This document shows, piece by piece, positions 1-9,474 of a stretch of 64,000 nucleotides of DNA (position 1 is the stretch's first letter; each line of letters begins with the position of its first letter). This DNA is from an uncultured Methanolobus sp. GTDB lineage: Archaea > Halobacteriota > Methanosarcinia > Methanosarcinales > Methanosarcinaceae. The notes beneath the pieces were generated by a model, which searched no databases, was not told the origin of the DNA, and saw nothing but the letters and a program-made list of their open reading frames with translations. The translations under genes and the position numbers were made by a program. Location of the stretch: positions 1,248,001 through 1,312,000 of the forward strand of contig OY776215.1 of NCBI GenBank assembly GCA_963675495.1, given 5' to 3'.

Positions 1-390
1 GTATTCTGAGTTCACGTTCAACAGTACTACTCCCAAAACTGCACAGTTGGTTGTTATCAACGGCAGATAAATACCAAGTGAGCGGTAAAGTGATGGAATG
101 TTCTTCCTTACAACGAACTCCACCAATTGTACAAGTGCTGCTATTACAACAATGAAACTTATAAGGTCAAGGAATTCCATCTTCGTCGGCACAAGGATGT
201 ATGTGTAGATCATATACGATACAGTGGATGCCAATGCCATAACGAAGACAACGGCTCCCGACATTCCTGCAGCACTCTTAACATCCTTGGTAACGCCCAC
301 AAAGGAACAGAGTCCAAGGAACTGGATAAGCAGGAAGTTCTTAATGAAGATACCATCCATAAAGATGGCAAATAATGCTTTTTCCACCAT
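1..390 (-). CDS. rnfA: Rnf complex subunit A (3'-partial, runs off window start)
   Basis: Manual translation from ATG at 390: MVEKALFAIFMDGIFIKNFLLIQFLGLCSFVG...LGIYLPLITTNCAVLG. FLGLC and LPLITTNCAVLG are RnfA/NqrE motifs; follows rnfE. Not in the ORF track. Confidence 0.93.
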   Translation of the reverse strand, partial: MVEKALFAIFMDGIFIKNFLLIQFLGLCSFVGVTKDVKSAAGMSGAVVFVMALASTVSYMIYTYILVPTKMEFLDLISFIVVIAALVQLVEFVVRKNIPSLYRSLGIYLPLITTNCAVLGVVLLNVNSEY

Positions 391-391
391 T

Positions 392-1006
392 TTAACCACC
401 TTTTGCTCTCTTCTTTTCTTTCTGATAATTCACAATACCCATAAGTGCTCCTATTGTAAGGAAAGCACCCGGAGGCAATATCATTGTGGTCACTGAAGGA
501 TTGATAGGCAGGGTGATCAGAGTGAAATCAAATGTTACTATCTGTCCCGTACCAAGAAGTTCCCTTATACCACCAATGAGCATCAGTACCAACAGGAAAC
601 CTGTAGAGATACCGAGACCATCTATGAAAGAATAGAACACATTATTCTTGTTAGCGTATGCCTCAGCACGTCCGATGATGATACAGTTCACCACGATCAA
701 CGGTATGAACACACCTAACGCCGCGTACATGGGCGGGAAATACGCCTGCATTATCATTTTTACAATGGACACGAAAGTCGCTATAATGATAATGAATATT
801 GGAAGTCTTACAGCCGATGGAATCTGTTTCCTCAGGGCTGAAACGAAAATGTTCGAACAAACCAGTACAAATGCAGTACCTGCGGACATACCAATCGCAT
901 TTTCGACTGATGTGGTCACTGCCAACGTAGGACAGAGGCCCAGAACAAGTCCGAAGATCGGGTTGTCTCGTGTAATACCACGAATATATTCACTTAAAGG
1001 ATCCAT
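392..1006 (-). CDS. rnfE: Rnf complex subunit E
   Basis: NPIFGLVLGLCPTLAVTTS and IPLIVVNCIIIGRAEAYA motifs; operon order C-D-G-E-A. Confidence 0.95.
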   Translation of the reverse strand: MDPLSEYIRGITRDNPIFGLVLGLCPTLAVTTSVENAIGMSAGTAFVLVCSNIFVSALRKQIPSAVRLPIFIIIIATFVSIVKMIMQAYFPPMYAALGVFIPLIVVNCIIIGRAEAYANKNNVFYSFIDGLGISTGFLLVLMLIGGIRELLGTGQIVTFDFTLITLPINPSVTTMILPPGAFLTIGALMGIVNYQKEKKRAKGG

Positions 1007-1010
1007 AATA

Positions 1011-1580
1011 TCACTCCTCTGCCTCTTCTATTTCAATTATCTTGGAATTCAGTGCGTCTATGACAGCCTGGGAGGATATCGTTGCACCAGTAATAGAATC
1101 AATCGCTCCCCCTGAATTGGAAAGGCTTAGTGAAGCTACTGGTATATCGACGAACTGTACTCTGAAATCATCGTCTATTATCTTTGCACCCAGACCAGGC
1201 GTCTCTTCGTGGCTCAGGACATCCATTCCACGAACTGTTGCAAATGAGTTATCGACGCCACCTGCTATAACCAATGGACCTTGAGCACCTGCCTGCTGCT
1301 TGAAGAAAGCATAACCGATTATGTTGCCAGAAGAATCCTTTGCGCGATAGTAAAGCACAACACGATTACCCTCATCATCAACCAGATCACCTTCAACAGC
1401 TTCGAAGTTGTTGTTGGCTTCTGGAATAAGTTCACCTAAGATGGCCGTTCGGGCAGTTTCCTCGTTGATCTTAAGCTGTGCACTTGTAGGAACATAAGTG
1501 ATACCTAACAATAAAGCGGCTACAACTGATATGAGGACAAGTTTGCCTATAACTACCATTGTTTCTTTATTTTCACTCAT
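1011..1580 (-). CDS. rnfG: Rnf complex subunit G (FMN-binding)
   Basis: N-terminal TM helix, HEETPGLG, and the flavinylation motif DSITGATISS. Confidence 0.95.
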   Translation of the reverse strand: MSENKETMVVIGKLVLISVVAALLLGITYVPTSAQLKINEETARTAILGELIPEANNNFEAVEGDLVDDEGNRVVLYYRAKDSSGNIIGYAFFKQQAGAQGPLVIAGGVDNSFATVRGMDVLSHEETPGLGAKIIDDDFRVQFVDIPVASLSLSNSGGAIDSITGATISSQAVIDALNSKIIEIEEAEE

Positions 1581-2589
1581 TCCTCATCACCTCGAATTTC
1601 AGTGATGCAGGAATCTTATCCATGACGCGCCTGTATAGCCTCTCCGGCAGAGATTTGGTTCCAAAGGATGCAGGCATTGTATTGACCTCTATGTAAGAAC
1701 CAACACAATTTGCAAGGAAGATGCCGTATAGTACTCCGTCAACATAGTTGCTGAAGTAACCGTAAATGAAAACAAGAACCCCACATGTTATACCATATAC
1801 AATACGTCCATTCTTGGTAACGGGTGAAGTTGGTGTATCTGTTGCAAGGAAAAGAATTCCAAAGAAAACTATTCCTATCATCGCATATGGCAATTCAGGA
1901 CTTATATCAAGGTAAACAAAAAGCTGGGACATGTACATCAATGGATTCAGCACGCCTTCATGAACCAGAGCGGCAACGCCTGAAATGAATTGCAGGGTTT
2001 GTGGCAAGAATACCATTGTTGCAAAAAATCCAAGGGGAACTCTCCAGTCAAGATATCTCTTATAGATAAGGTATACGCCACCTATCAACAATATAGGAGA
2101 AACATCCACCATCAAGCCTGCACCGTGCTCAAGTATAAGATCAGAGAATTGGCCTGTATGAGGGATGGATAAAGGTATCATCTCAGAGGACCATGCACTT
2201 CTTATAAACACCCAGGCCACAAGAACTGGATTAAATATATAAGAGCCAATTCCGCCAAAAACATGTTTTCCAACTGCTATTGCAAAAAAACCACCAACAA
2301 CTGCTATCCATAAAGGAGCTTCAGGTGGAATCAGAAGTGCAAGCATAAGTCCCGTGAGAGCTGCATGTCCGTCAGCGATCGTTACTTTCTGCTTGAATAA
2401 CGTCTGAATACCAAATTCAGTTGCTACCGCCGCCAATACACACGCAATGATAATCCCGAGTGCAGGAATACCAAAGAAATATATCGCTGCGAAACATAAG
2501 GGGAGCAGAGCGATTATTTTACTTATATTCAATGTCTTAAAATCTAATCTTGTTTTCTTATGAGGAGGAGCTGAAATCGTATATGCCAT
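1573..2589 (-). CDS. rnfD: Rnf complex subunit D
   Basis: Polytopic membrane protein with APPH N-terminus, KHVFGGIG..FNP and ATDTPTSP motifs; operon position. Confidence 0.93.
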   Translation of the reverse strand: MAYTISAPPHKKTRLDFKTLNISKIIALLPLCFAAIYFFGIPALGIIIACVLAAVATEFGIQTLFKQKVTIADGHAALTGLMLALLIPPEAPLWIAVVGGFFAIAVGKHVFGGIGSYIFNPVLVAWVFIRSAWSSEMIPLSIPHTGQFSDLILEHGAGLMVDVSPILLIGGVYLIYKRYLDWRVPLGFFATMVFLPQTLQFISGVAALVHEGVLNPLMYMSQLFVYLDISPELPYAMIGIVFFGILFLATDTPTSPVTKNGRIVYGITCGVLVFIYGYFSNYVDGVLYGIFLANCVGSYIEVNTMPASFGTKSLPERLYRRVMDKIPASLKFEVMRNE

Positions 2590-2591
2590 TT

Positions 2592-3941
2592 TTACTCGCC
2601 TCCGCAGCCACAGCCAAGTTTCAGATTGGATGATTCCTTTGAAGGTAAGTCTTCATAGGCCATCTCAATTGCATCCTTTGAGTACCTGATAAGCTGCAGT
2701 ATGTGTATCTTTGATGGGCAGACTGCCGCACAGTCACCACATTCGATACAATTCTGAATATGCATTTGCCTGCATTCATCAAAACGACCCTGAGTTGCCA
2801 TGACAGCAAGACGACTTGGAATAAGTTCAACCGGACAGACATCCACACAACGTGCACAATGAATGCACGCTATCGAGTCGTCCCGGATGATCTCTTCAGG
2901 TTTCTGCAGGGATATTCTTGTAGTTCCTTTTGTCACCGGAACCTGGTCAGTGTACTGGGCTACACCAGTCCTGACACCGTTGGCGATTATCTTCCCGATA
3001 TCACCGGTAAAACCACATGCTTCAATAACATCCTTGAATGGAGTTCCTATCTTTACAAGAATATATTCCATGTGATTTGAAACACCTTCAAGAGAAACAA
3101 CTGTGTCGTAGAAAGGCTTGCCTTCATGAACAGCATCGTAAAGAGCCTTTGCAGACTTGATACCACAAACCGCAACTCCTACATCTGTTGGGTCGCAACC
3201 TACCTTAACCTGTCTTCCGGTTACATTATAAGTAAAGAAATTCAGGATCTTTTTGCCGTAAATACGTTTCTGGGATAAGACAACAATGTCAGAGTCCTGT
3301 TCATTGAAATAGTACCCTATCTTACGGCCACCTACAAGGGGAGCCACTCTAAGCTTTTTCTTATAGACTTCAATACCTTCAAAGGCATCAATGGACTCAT
3401 TATCATCAGTCCTTAATATAATAGCTCCCTTTTTGGCACCGGCTGCTTTCATGAGCAACTTGAGGGCATCCATTACCTGAGATGCATATTCCTTGGGAGT
3501 CCCAAATGTGCCACCAATCCATTCGGATGATGTCGCATTTATAAGTACTATATCGATATTCTTGCCAGTTGGTTTAAGGACAGTATGAGTAGGCATTCCG
3601 TAATGCTCCACAATACCAGATTCCTTTATGAGTTCTGCAAGTTTTTCAGGCGATAGATCCTTGCTAGGAGAGAATGCAACTGTCTCATTGCTGTCTTCCG
3701 GCTGGATGATAACACTCATTGCCTTGTTGCCATCAGGATGTGCAGCCTCTTCAATAGCAATGACCTCACCACAGACACTTGAGTGAACTGCAGATGAGTG
3801 ATATTCCTCACTCTCACCTATTTTCTGTCCAATAAGAACCCTGTCACCTTTTTTCACAAGGGGTTCACAGACAGCACCCCTGTGCTGTCTGAGTGGAATT
3901 ATTATTTTTTCGGGTAATTTATCCAATGTTTTGATTTCCAC
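2592..3941 (-). CDS. rnfC: Rnf complex subunit C
   Basis: IPLRQHRGA..PLVKKGDRVLIGQ; HSSVCGEV; two 4Fe-4S motifs CIHCARCVDVCP and CIECGDCAAVCP. Confidence 0.95.
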   Translation of the reverse strand: MEIKTLDKLPEKIIIPLRQHRGAVCEPLVKKGDRVLIGQKIGESEEYHSSAVHSSVCGEVIAIEEAAHPDGNKAMSVIIQPEDSNETVAFSPSKDLSPEKLAELIKESGIVEHYGMPTHTVLKPTGKNIDIVLINATSSEWIGGTFGTPKEYASQVMDALKLLMKAAGAKKGAIILRTDDNESIDAFEGIEVYKKKLRVAPLVGGRKIGYYFNEQDSDIVVLSQKRIYGKKILNFFTYNVTGRQVKVGCDPTDVGVAVCGIKSAKALYDAVHEGKPFYDTVVSLEGVSNHMEYILVKIGTPFKDVIEACGFTGDIGKIIANGVRTGVAQYTDQVPVTKGTTRISLQKPEEIIRDDSIACIHCARCVDVCPVELIPSRLAVMATQGRFDECRQMHIQNCIECGDCAAVCPSKIHILQLIRYSKDAIEMAYEDLPSKESSNLKLGCGCGGE

Positions 3942-3953
3942 ATTACCAGCTCC

Positions 3954-5513
3954 TTAGAATGCAGGCTCCCTTTCTACTTCAGTAGGCTTTGCACCTGGAA
4001 TTGTCACACCAATTGTCTTAGCTGAGAAATCTGTTGGTGGATCAGTCTCTGCCGGATCACTATCATAACCCAATGATTTCCAGTTGATCACAGGCACAAG
4101 GTCATGACATTCTGAACAATCCTTCATAGTATCTCCAAAGTGAACATTCTGAAGTGTATCTGAAGCTGATACTCCATGGCAATCTGCGCATTCAAGCGGT
4201 TCAGCAAGACCTACACTGGAACTAACAATGTTGTGGCTTACCTGGTAATACATCTCCACATGCCTGAGAACTGCGTTTGGATAATCCGGATTACCATCCA
4301 TGTCCCCGTCATATGACCGGAGCTCATCTTCGGTAATAGCACCATCATTATCCCCATCTGCATTGAGTACATCTGCAGGAGCTATCGGATTACCAACTGA
4401 AGAACTGTTATCAGGGTCTGCGAGTACATTCGAATCAATTCCTTCATCCCACCATATACCAGTGATGATATTGAATGGTTTAAGCACAGATTCCTCTTTA
4501 CGATCCTGTCCCGTTGGTAAAAGGTCATAGTAAACTCCCTCTGACCATCCAAGTGTTGGCGCAAACTCAGAATCATATACGACATCTTCACGAACACCGT
4601 TTGCCCAGCTGAACTCCTTTATAACAGGGGTGCCGGTAACATCGCTGCCCGGGAGTGAAGGTATGTGACATGATTCACAGCTTAGGAACTCAAGATGAGC
4701 GTCAGCCATTCCACCATGGGATATACCTTCATGACAACCTGATGAATCACAGTCCTTTACACCTGCTTCTGTTTCCATATGTGGTGATTCGGAAGCGAAC
4801 AGGTATTCACGACTGCCTATCTGGTGTTCCTCTGTTTCATGGCATTCCTGACAATCAACAGCATCATGAACATCATAAGAAGCTGAATCTTCAAGGGTCC
4901 ATGCAACAGCAGTAGTTGCGACATCACCTGTGTGACAATTGCTTCCACAGAGTGCCTTGCCGGGAGCGCCATTAACCTCGTCATGTACTTCAGTTACAAG
5001 TGGAAGAGGTGCCAGAACATCAAGAACGTAGCTTGCCACATAAAGTGGTTCTTTCTGCAATTCTGCCCTTGATTCTTCAATTGCAGCTTCGTTAGCGTTT
5101 TCGAAATCACCTGATGATATCCTTTCTGCACGTGCCTCAAAGTCGTATCCACCAACCTGTTCATGACAGATCATACAATCAATATCTACCCCGTAGTCTG
5201 CCATGTAGCCGCCACCTGGGTGAACCATTCCATATGTTACGGCCATGGAATCATCATCAATACTATCGGCATCAACACCGTATTCCATGATTGATGACCA
5301 TTTTTTCAAATCCTGTTCCACGTGGTATGATTCGGAAACTTGCTCGTACATACCTACATGACAACCACTGCATGAACTGTCAGACCATTTCTGCTCGGTC
5401 ATATAATGTGTAGACATAGCTTCATTGCCACTGTAGCCAATAAAAGCATACACACCAGATGCAGCGAACATCACAACGAGGATACCTATAAGAATAACAT
5501 TTAATTTAGCCAT
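3954..5513 (-). CDS. mmcA: Membrane-anchored multiheme c-type cytochrome MmcA (8 putative heme motifs)
   Basis: Start moved to ATG 5513, just after the upstream gene stop (GAGG RBS). N-terminal TM; six CxxCH plus CGSNCH and CDSSGCH; immediately upstream of rnfC as in Methanosarcinales. Confidence 0.9.
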   Translation of the reverse strand: MAKLNVILIGILVVMFAASGVYAFIGYSGNEAMSTHYMTEQKWSDSSCSGCHVGMYEQVSESYHVEQDLKKWSSIMEYGVDADSIDDDSMAVTYGMVHPGGGYMADYGVDIDCMICHEQVGGYDFEARAERISSGDFENANEAAIEESRAELQKEPLYVASYVLDVLAPLPLVTEVHDEVNGAPGKALCGSNCHTGDVATTAVAWTLEDSASYDVHDAVDCQECHETEEHQIGSREYLFASESPHMETEAGVKDCDSSGCHEGISHGGMADAHLEFLSCESCHIPSLPGSDVTGTPVIKEFSWANGVREDVVYDSEFAPTLGWSEGVYYDLLPTGQDRKEESVLKPFNIITGIWWDEGIDSNVLADPDNSSSVGNPIAPADVLNADGDNDGAITEDELRSYDGDMDGNPDYPNAVLRHVEMYYQVSHNIVSSSVGLAEPLECADCHGVSASDTLQNVHFGDTMKDCSECHDLVPVINWKSLGYDSDPAETDPPTDFSAKTIGVTIPGAKPTEVEREPAF

Positions 5514-5526
5514 GCTTGCCTCGTCC

Positions 5527-5931
5527 TCAGTCCTCTGCAACTTCTTCAAGTTGTCTGATGACAACTATAATGTCGTTTCTCAAAAGCTGCTCATTTGTTA
5601 TTTTCATGTCATTTGAGACGAATTTACTGATCTCATACGACTTGCGCACTACGCGTATATTAAAGTCAAAGACTTTATCAAGAAGACCTTTTTGCGGAGT
5701 TATTCCTAAAAAGTCCACATCCATGTGATTACCAAGTACATTAGCTTTAAGTTCAATTTTATCAAGAGGTGAACCTGGTTTAACATAAATTGTGTGGTGT
5801 TTCACAAAACCAAAGTGCTTCTCGATACCTCTCCAACCGTATTCTTCCATTAACTGATGAAGGGCGACAACAAGATATTTGTCCTTGCTTGAACTGGTTC
5901 CCGTACCTGATCCTGTGCTGGGATTGCTCAT
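5527..5931 (-). CDS. Uncharacterised soluble protein, first gene of the mmcA-rnf operon
   Basis: 134 aa ORF with RBS (GAAGGAAG), ends 13 nt before mmcA; no family recognised. Confidence 0.75.
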   Translation of the reverse strand: MSNPSTGSGTGTSSSKDKYLVVALHQLMEEYGWRGIEKHFGFVKHHTIYVKPGSPLDKIELKANVLGNHMDVDFLGITPQKGLLDKVFDFNIRVVRKSYEISKFVSNDMKITNEQLLRNDIIVVIRQLEEVAED

Positions 5932-6037
5932 TCTATTACTTCCTTCGGATGAATATAATAACTAAAACAGAAGGAAACACGTTTCCTCCTTAAATGCGGT
6001 ACATAAGTTTAATATTAATTATCTCTTTTCATACAGC

Positions 6038-7057
6038 ATGAGGTATAAAACTGTTGCCGTTGTACTGATAGCGATTTTCACAGTATTATTCATGATAGAT
6101 TATGTCGCGAACAATGATAACGACATCACCGTTGAACAAGAAAGCTACTCAGAAACCAGAAGCCTGATGGACACTACAGTCACCATATCAGTCCTAGCTT
6201 CCAACGAAACATATGCTTCAGAAGCTATTAGACATAGTTTTGACAAAATAGAGTATGTTGACAGGGTCATGAACAACTATGACATCAATAGCGAACTCAG
6301 CATACTTAATGAGGAAGGATTTGTGAATAATGCAGATACGGAACTTGTCTATGTGGTTGACAGGTCCAAATACTACTCCCAAATGAGTAAAGGGGCTTTT
6401 GACATATCCATACAACCTGTTCTTGACCTGTGGGCAAGCAAGTACAGCCATGGTGGGACTTACGAAGATCCAACACCTGCAGAGATCGATGAAACACTTG
6501 TACTAGTAAATTCTTCTGCCATAGTGATAGACGAGAACAACATTCTCCTTGGTAATGATATGAAAATCACACTTGGAGGAGTTGCAAAGGGATATGCTGT
6601 AGACCTGGCAATAGAATCACTGATTAACGATGGCATAAGTTCAGGTTTTGTCAATGCAGGTGGTGACGGCAGATATATCGGCAGCAAGCCTGATGGAAGT
6701 TCGTGGAGAGTAGGATTGCAGAATCCGGAAAAGAACGAAGATTCAGTGACAATTATGAATATTAAAGATATGGCTGTTGCTACAAGCGGCAACTACGAGC
6801 GCTATTTCAATGATACAGCAAGGGTTTCACATATAGCAGACCCTCGAACAGGACATACATCGCAGAAGCTCATTAGTGCAACTGTCATAGCCAGTTCTGC
6901 AATGGATGCTGATGCATTCGCTACTGCGGTTTTCATCCTTGGGGAAAAAGATGGCATGGATATGGTCGAAAATCTCGATGGCATAGAGTGCCTGCTCATA
7001 ACTACGGATAAAAGAATCGTACGTTCCAGTGATTTTTCCAGTTATGAGAACAATTAA
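6038..7057 (+). CDS. apbE: FAD:protein FMN transferase (ApbE/Ftp family)
   Basis: GAFDISIQP, LGGVAKGYAVD, VNAGGD, ATSGNYERYF, HIADPRTG and ADAFATA motifs; N-terminal anchor; divergent from rnf. Confidence 0.93.
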   Translation: MRYKTVAVVLIAIFTVLFMIDYVANNDNDITVEQESYSETRSLMDTTVTISVLASNETYASEAIRHSFDKIEYVDRVMNNYDINSELSILNEEGFVNNADTELVYVVDRSKYYSQMSKGAFDISIQPVLDLWASKYSHGGTYEDPTPAEIDETLVLVNSSAIVIDENNILLGNDMKITLGGVAKGYAVDLAIESLINDGISSGFVNAGGDGRYIGSKPDGSSWRVGLQNPEKNEDSVTIMNIKDMAVATSGNYERYFNDTARVSHIADPRTGHTSQKLISATVIASSAMDADAFATAVFILGEKDGMDMVENLDGIECLLITTDKRIVRSSDFSSYENN

Positions 7058-7078
7058 AGAATAATTAAGGGAGTAAAC

Positions 7079-7636
7079 TTATTTCAGGCTGACCTCGTGC
7101 AAGGTCTCATATACAGGACCATGTGGAGTCAGCGTACTTTTTTTCAGTTTTACCGTATCAACCTCCATTGTCCCAAGATATACGTCTGCCAATCCCTCAA
7201 GCAAGTCCAGAAACTCTCCTTTTTTCTTTTTTGGCAGGTACTTTACCCTGGCAAGTGTTGCGTGAGCACTGAAACGATGAGGACTATTTTCAAACTCAAA
7301 GGAAGAAAGTGAGCTGTTTACCAATTCAGATAGCTTATCAAAATCGCCATTGCAACCCAACCATATGACCTTGGCGAAATTTGGCTTTGGGAATACGCCA
7401 AGTCCTCCGACCTGTGCTTCAAAAGGTTCACACTTTACTAGATCAAGAGCATTTGAAATCTCTGCGATCTTATCATCGGAAATGTCGCCTAAAAATTTCA
7501 GGGTAATATGTACTATATGTGGATCTACAAATTTGAATTTGAAATCATCGAATTTTGACTGTATTTCAGCAATTTTATTGTGCAACTCTTCAGGGAGATC
7601 TACCGCAACAAAAGTTCTCACCAAACCTATCACCAA
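7079..7636 (-). CDS. thpR: RNA 2',3'-cyclic phosphodiesterase / 2'-5' RNA ligase (2H phosphoesterase)
   Basis: RTFVAVD N-terminus; two HxT motifs (HITLKFLG, HATLAR); STLTPHGPVY. Confidence 0.92.
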   Translation of the reverse strand: MVIGLVRTFVAVDLPEELHNKIAEIQSKFDDFKFKFVDPHIVHITLKFLGDISDDKIAEISNALDLVKCEPFEAQVGGLGVFPKPNFAKVIWLGCNGDFDKLSELVNSSLSSFEFENSPHRFSAHATLARVKYLPKKKKGEFLDLLEGLADVYLGTMEVDTVKLKKSTLTPHGPVYETLHEVSLK

Positions 7637-7758
7637 TTATCATTTATATTGGGGAAATAAATTAATATCGCTACTGAACAGGTTCTATTTATAAAGTAAG
7701 AATGTATAATATATTACGATCTAGTAGTCATATCTTTGATATAAACAGAGGGGAAAAA

Positions 7759-8631
7759 TTGGACAGTACAGAAGTAGTTGTCAACGCTGCTATAAGACTC
7801 GCAGAAGAACTGAAATCTACTGCTATTATAATATCGGGAGATATTAATTTAGAAAAACCAGAGACCTCCATACCTGTTTATTTCACAACCCGCAAACAAA
7901 AAACAGTAATAGACCACCTTGTGGCAAGCAGCAAAACGAGAGAAGACCGATCAAAGGTAATTTTGGATAAGATCAACCAGCAGGCTTCCGGAAAAACAGA
8001 ACATGTGGAAAACATTTCAGCTATTGAGTTCATGATGGAAGAAGTTGAAGCTGGTACTGTGATAGGGATAGTAGAAAATAAAGATTCATACGCCATCGTA
8101 GTTCACAATATTGCTGACAACCACCTAGTTAAAATTTTCAGAGAATGTGAAGAAAGGATATCATCTGAATTACTACGTGCAGTACTAAAAGTGGCTTTTG
8201 ACATATCCAACACCGGACGAGAAGGAAAACAGGTAGGCACAGCGTTTATAGTAGGCGATGTTGAAGAAGTTATGATGCGCTCACATCAAATGATCCTGAA
8301 TCCATATGCAGGACAGAGTGAAGAAGACAAAAATGTTCTGGATAAGATGAACTGGGAATCTATTAAAGAATTCGCCCAACTTGACGGTGTTTTTGTTATA
8401 TCGGAAGAGGGAAAGATAGAGGCTGCAGGCAGATATCTGGATGTGGATGCAAGAGATATATCTGTTGAAAAAGGCCTTGGTGGACGACATGTATCGGCTG
8501 CAGCAATCACAAGAGATACGGTATCCATCGCCATAACAGTATCAGAATCAGGCGGTGTTGTTCACATATATATGGATGGAAAAGAACTTTTACACATAGA
8601 ATCTGCAGAAAGAGCTATTCGTATTCAATGA
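7759..8631 (+). CDS. dacZ: Diadenylate cyclase, archaeal DacZ type
   Basis: DisA_N motifs GREGKQVGTAF, FAQLDGVF, GLGGRHVSAA and VSESGG. Start set at TTG 7759 after a GAGGGG RBS (ORF track 7702). Confidence 0.9.
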   Translation: MDSTEVVVNAAIRLAEELKSTAIIISGDINLEKPETSIPVYFTTRKQKTVIDHLVASSKTREDRSKVILDKINQQASGKTEHVENISAIEFMMEEVEAGTVIGIVENKDSYAIVVHNIADNHLVKIFRECEERISSELLRAVLKVAFDISNTGREGKQVGTAFIVGDVEEVMMRSHQMILNPYAGQSEEDKNVLDKMNWESIKEFAQLDGVFVISEEGKIEAAGRYLDVDARDISVEKGLGGRHVSAAAITRDTVSIAITVSESGGVVHIYMDGKELLHIESAERAIRIQ

Positions 8632-8646
8632 TAATAAAAAACATAT

Positions 8647-8678
8647 AAAAAAAGAGGTGATCGGCCAGAATGCCGATC
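8647..8678 (-). terminator. Probable terminator between convergent dacZ and acetate-channel genes
   Basis: GATCGGC/GCCGATC hairpin (8659-8678) followed on the minus strand by a T-run (A-run 8647-8653). Confidence 0.5.
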
Positions 8679-8722
8679 CAATGAATTTTATCTTTACTTT
8701 TATTCTCTTCCCTATTCTAGAC

Positions 8723-9313
8723 TTAGAATAGAGGGAGTTTTATCAACTTGCTGCCAACTTCATCCATGACCAGAGAGATGCCGAGGTACAATGATGAGAG
8801 ACCAAGCAAGAGGGTTACTATTGCTGCGACTGGCAATATTGCGACGCCAAAGTTAACGAGTGCAAGGGTGAAGAATGTAAGGTCCAGGAACACGAAAACT
8901 ATTGTTATAAGCTTTACACCGATTGCCAGTGTGACAAATGTAAGCAGTGTTGCGATGATTCCCCAGAACAAAAGGTACCATGCAAGTGAGGTTGCAAATG
9001 TTGCATCCACTGCCATGACATTACCAAACAGACCAACGCTTGTTACGATCAGTATGTATGCATATGAGAACCACCAGAGTGCAAATGCTGTGAATGCGGT
9101 TGCACCAAAGGTGTCGCCTTTCTTCCAGAGTTCAATACCTGCGAACAACTGCGCAAATCCACCAAGTGTGATTGCCATTGCAATAACCATTGTGGCATCA
9201 GAGTACATACCCATGTTTAAAAGTCCTGCAAATGTAGCTGCGAAACCAAGACCAAGGAATCCTAATGGTGCTGGGCTTGCAGTTGTGTCTTTAATTGTTA
9301 CTTCTCCTTCCAT
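8723..9313 (-). CDS. GPR1/FUN34/YaaH (SatP/AceTr) family acetate/carboxylate channel
   Basis: ASPAPLGFLG variant of the NPAPLGL signature; GGFAQLFAG; GDTFGATAF; about six TM helices. Confidence 0.88.
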   Translation of the reverse strand: MEGEVTIKDTTASPAPLGFLGLGFAATFAGLLNMGMYSDATMVIAMAITLGGFAQLFAGIELWKKGDTFGATAFTAFALWWFSYAYILIVTSVGLFGNVMAVDATFATSLAWYLLFWGIIATLLTFVTLAIGVKLITIVFVFLDLTFFTLALVNFGVAILPVAAIVTLLLGLSSLYLGISLVMDEVGSKLIKLPLF

Positions 9314-9369
9314 AGTTTATCACTTCCCTAATATAATTAATATATAATTATTAAACAATATTAACATCG

Positions 9370-9474
9370 TTATAATTGCTTATTGCTGGCCTCAAAATAA
9401 AATGCCAGAAAAACTATTTCCATCAAATTTAATGAATATCGTAACTGCTTGCTACCTCCATCAAGTGTTACCAT
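9370..9474 (-). CDS. Putative 34-aa upstream ORF in the leader of the acetate channel gene
   Basis: Perfect SD GGAGGTG-AAA-ATG; MVTLDGGSKQLRYSLNLMEIVFLAFYFEASNKQL; TATA-like TATATA at about 9508-9513. Confidence 0.35.
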   Translation of the reverse strand: MVTLDGGSKQLRYSLNLMEIVFLAFYFEASNKQL

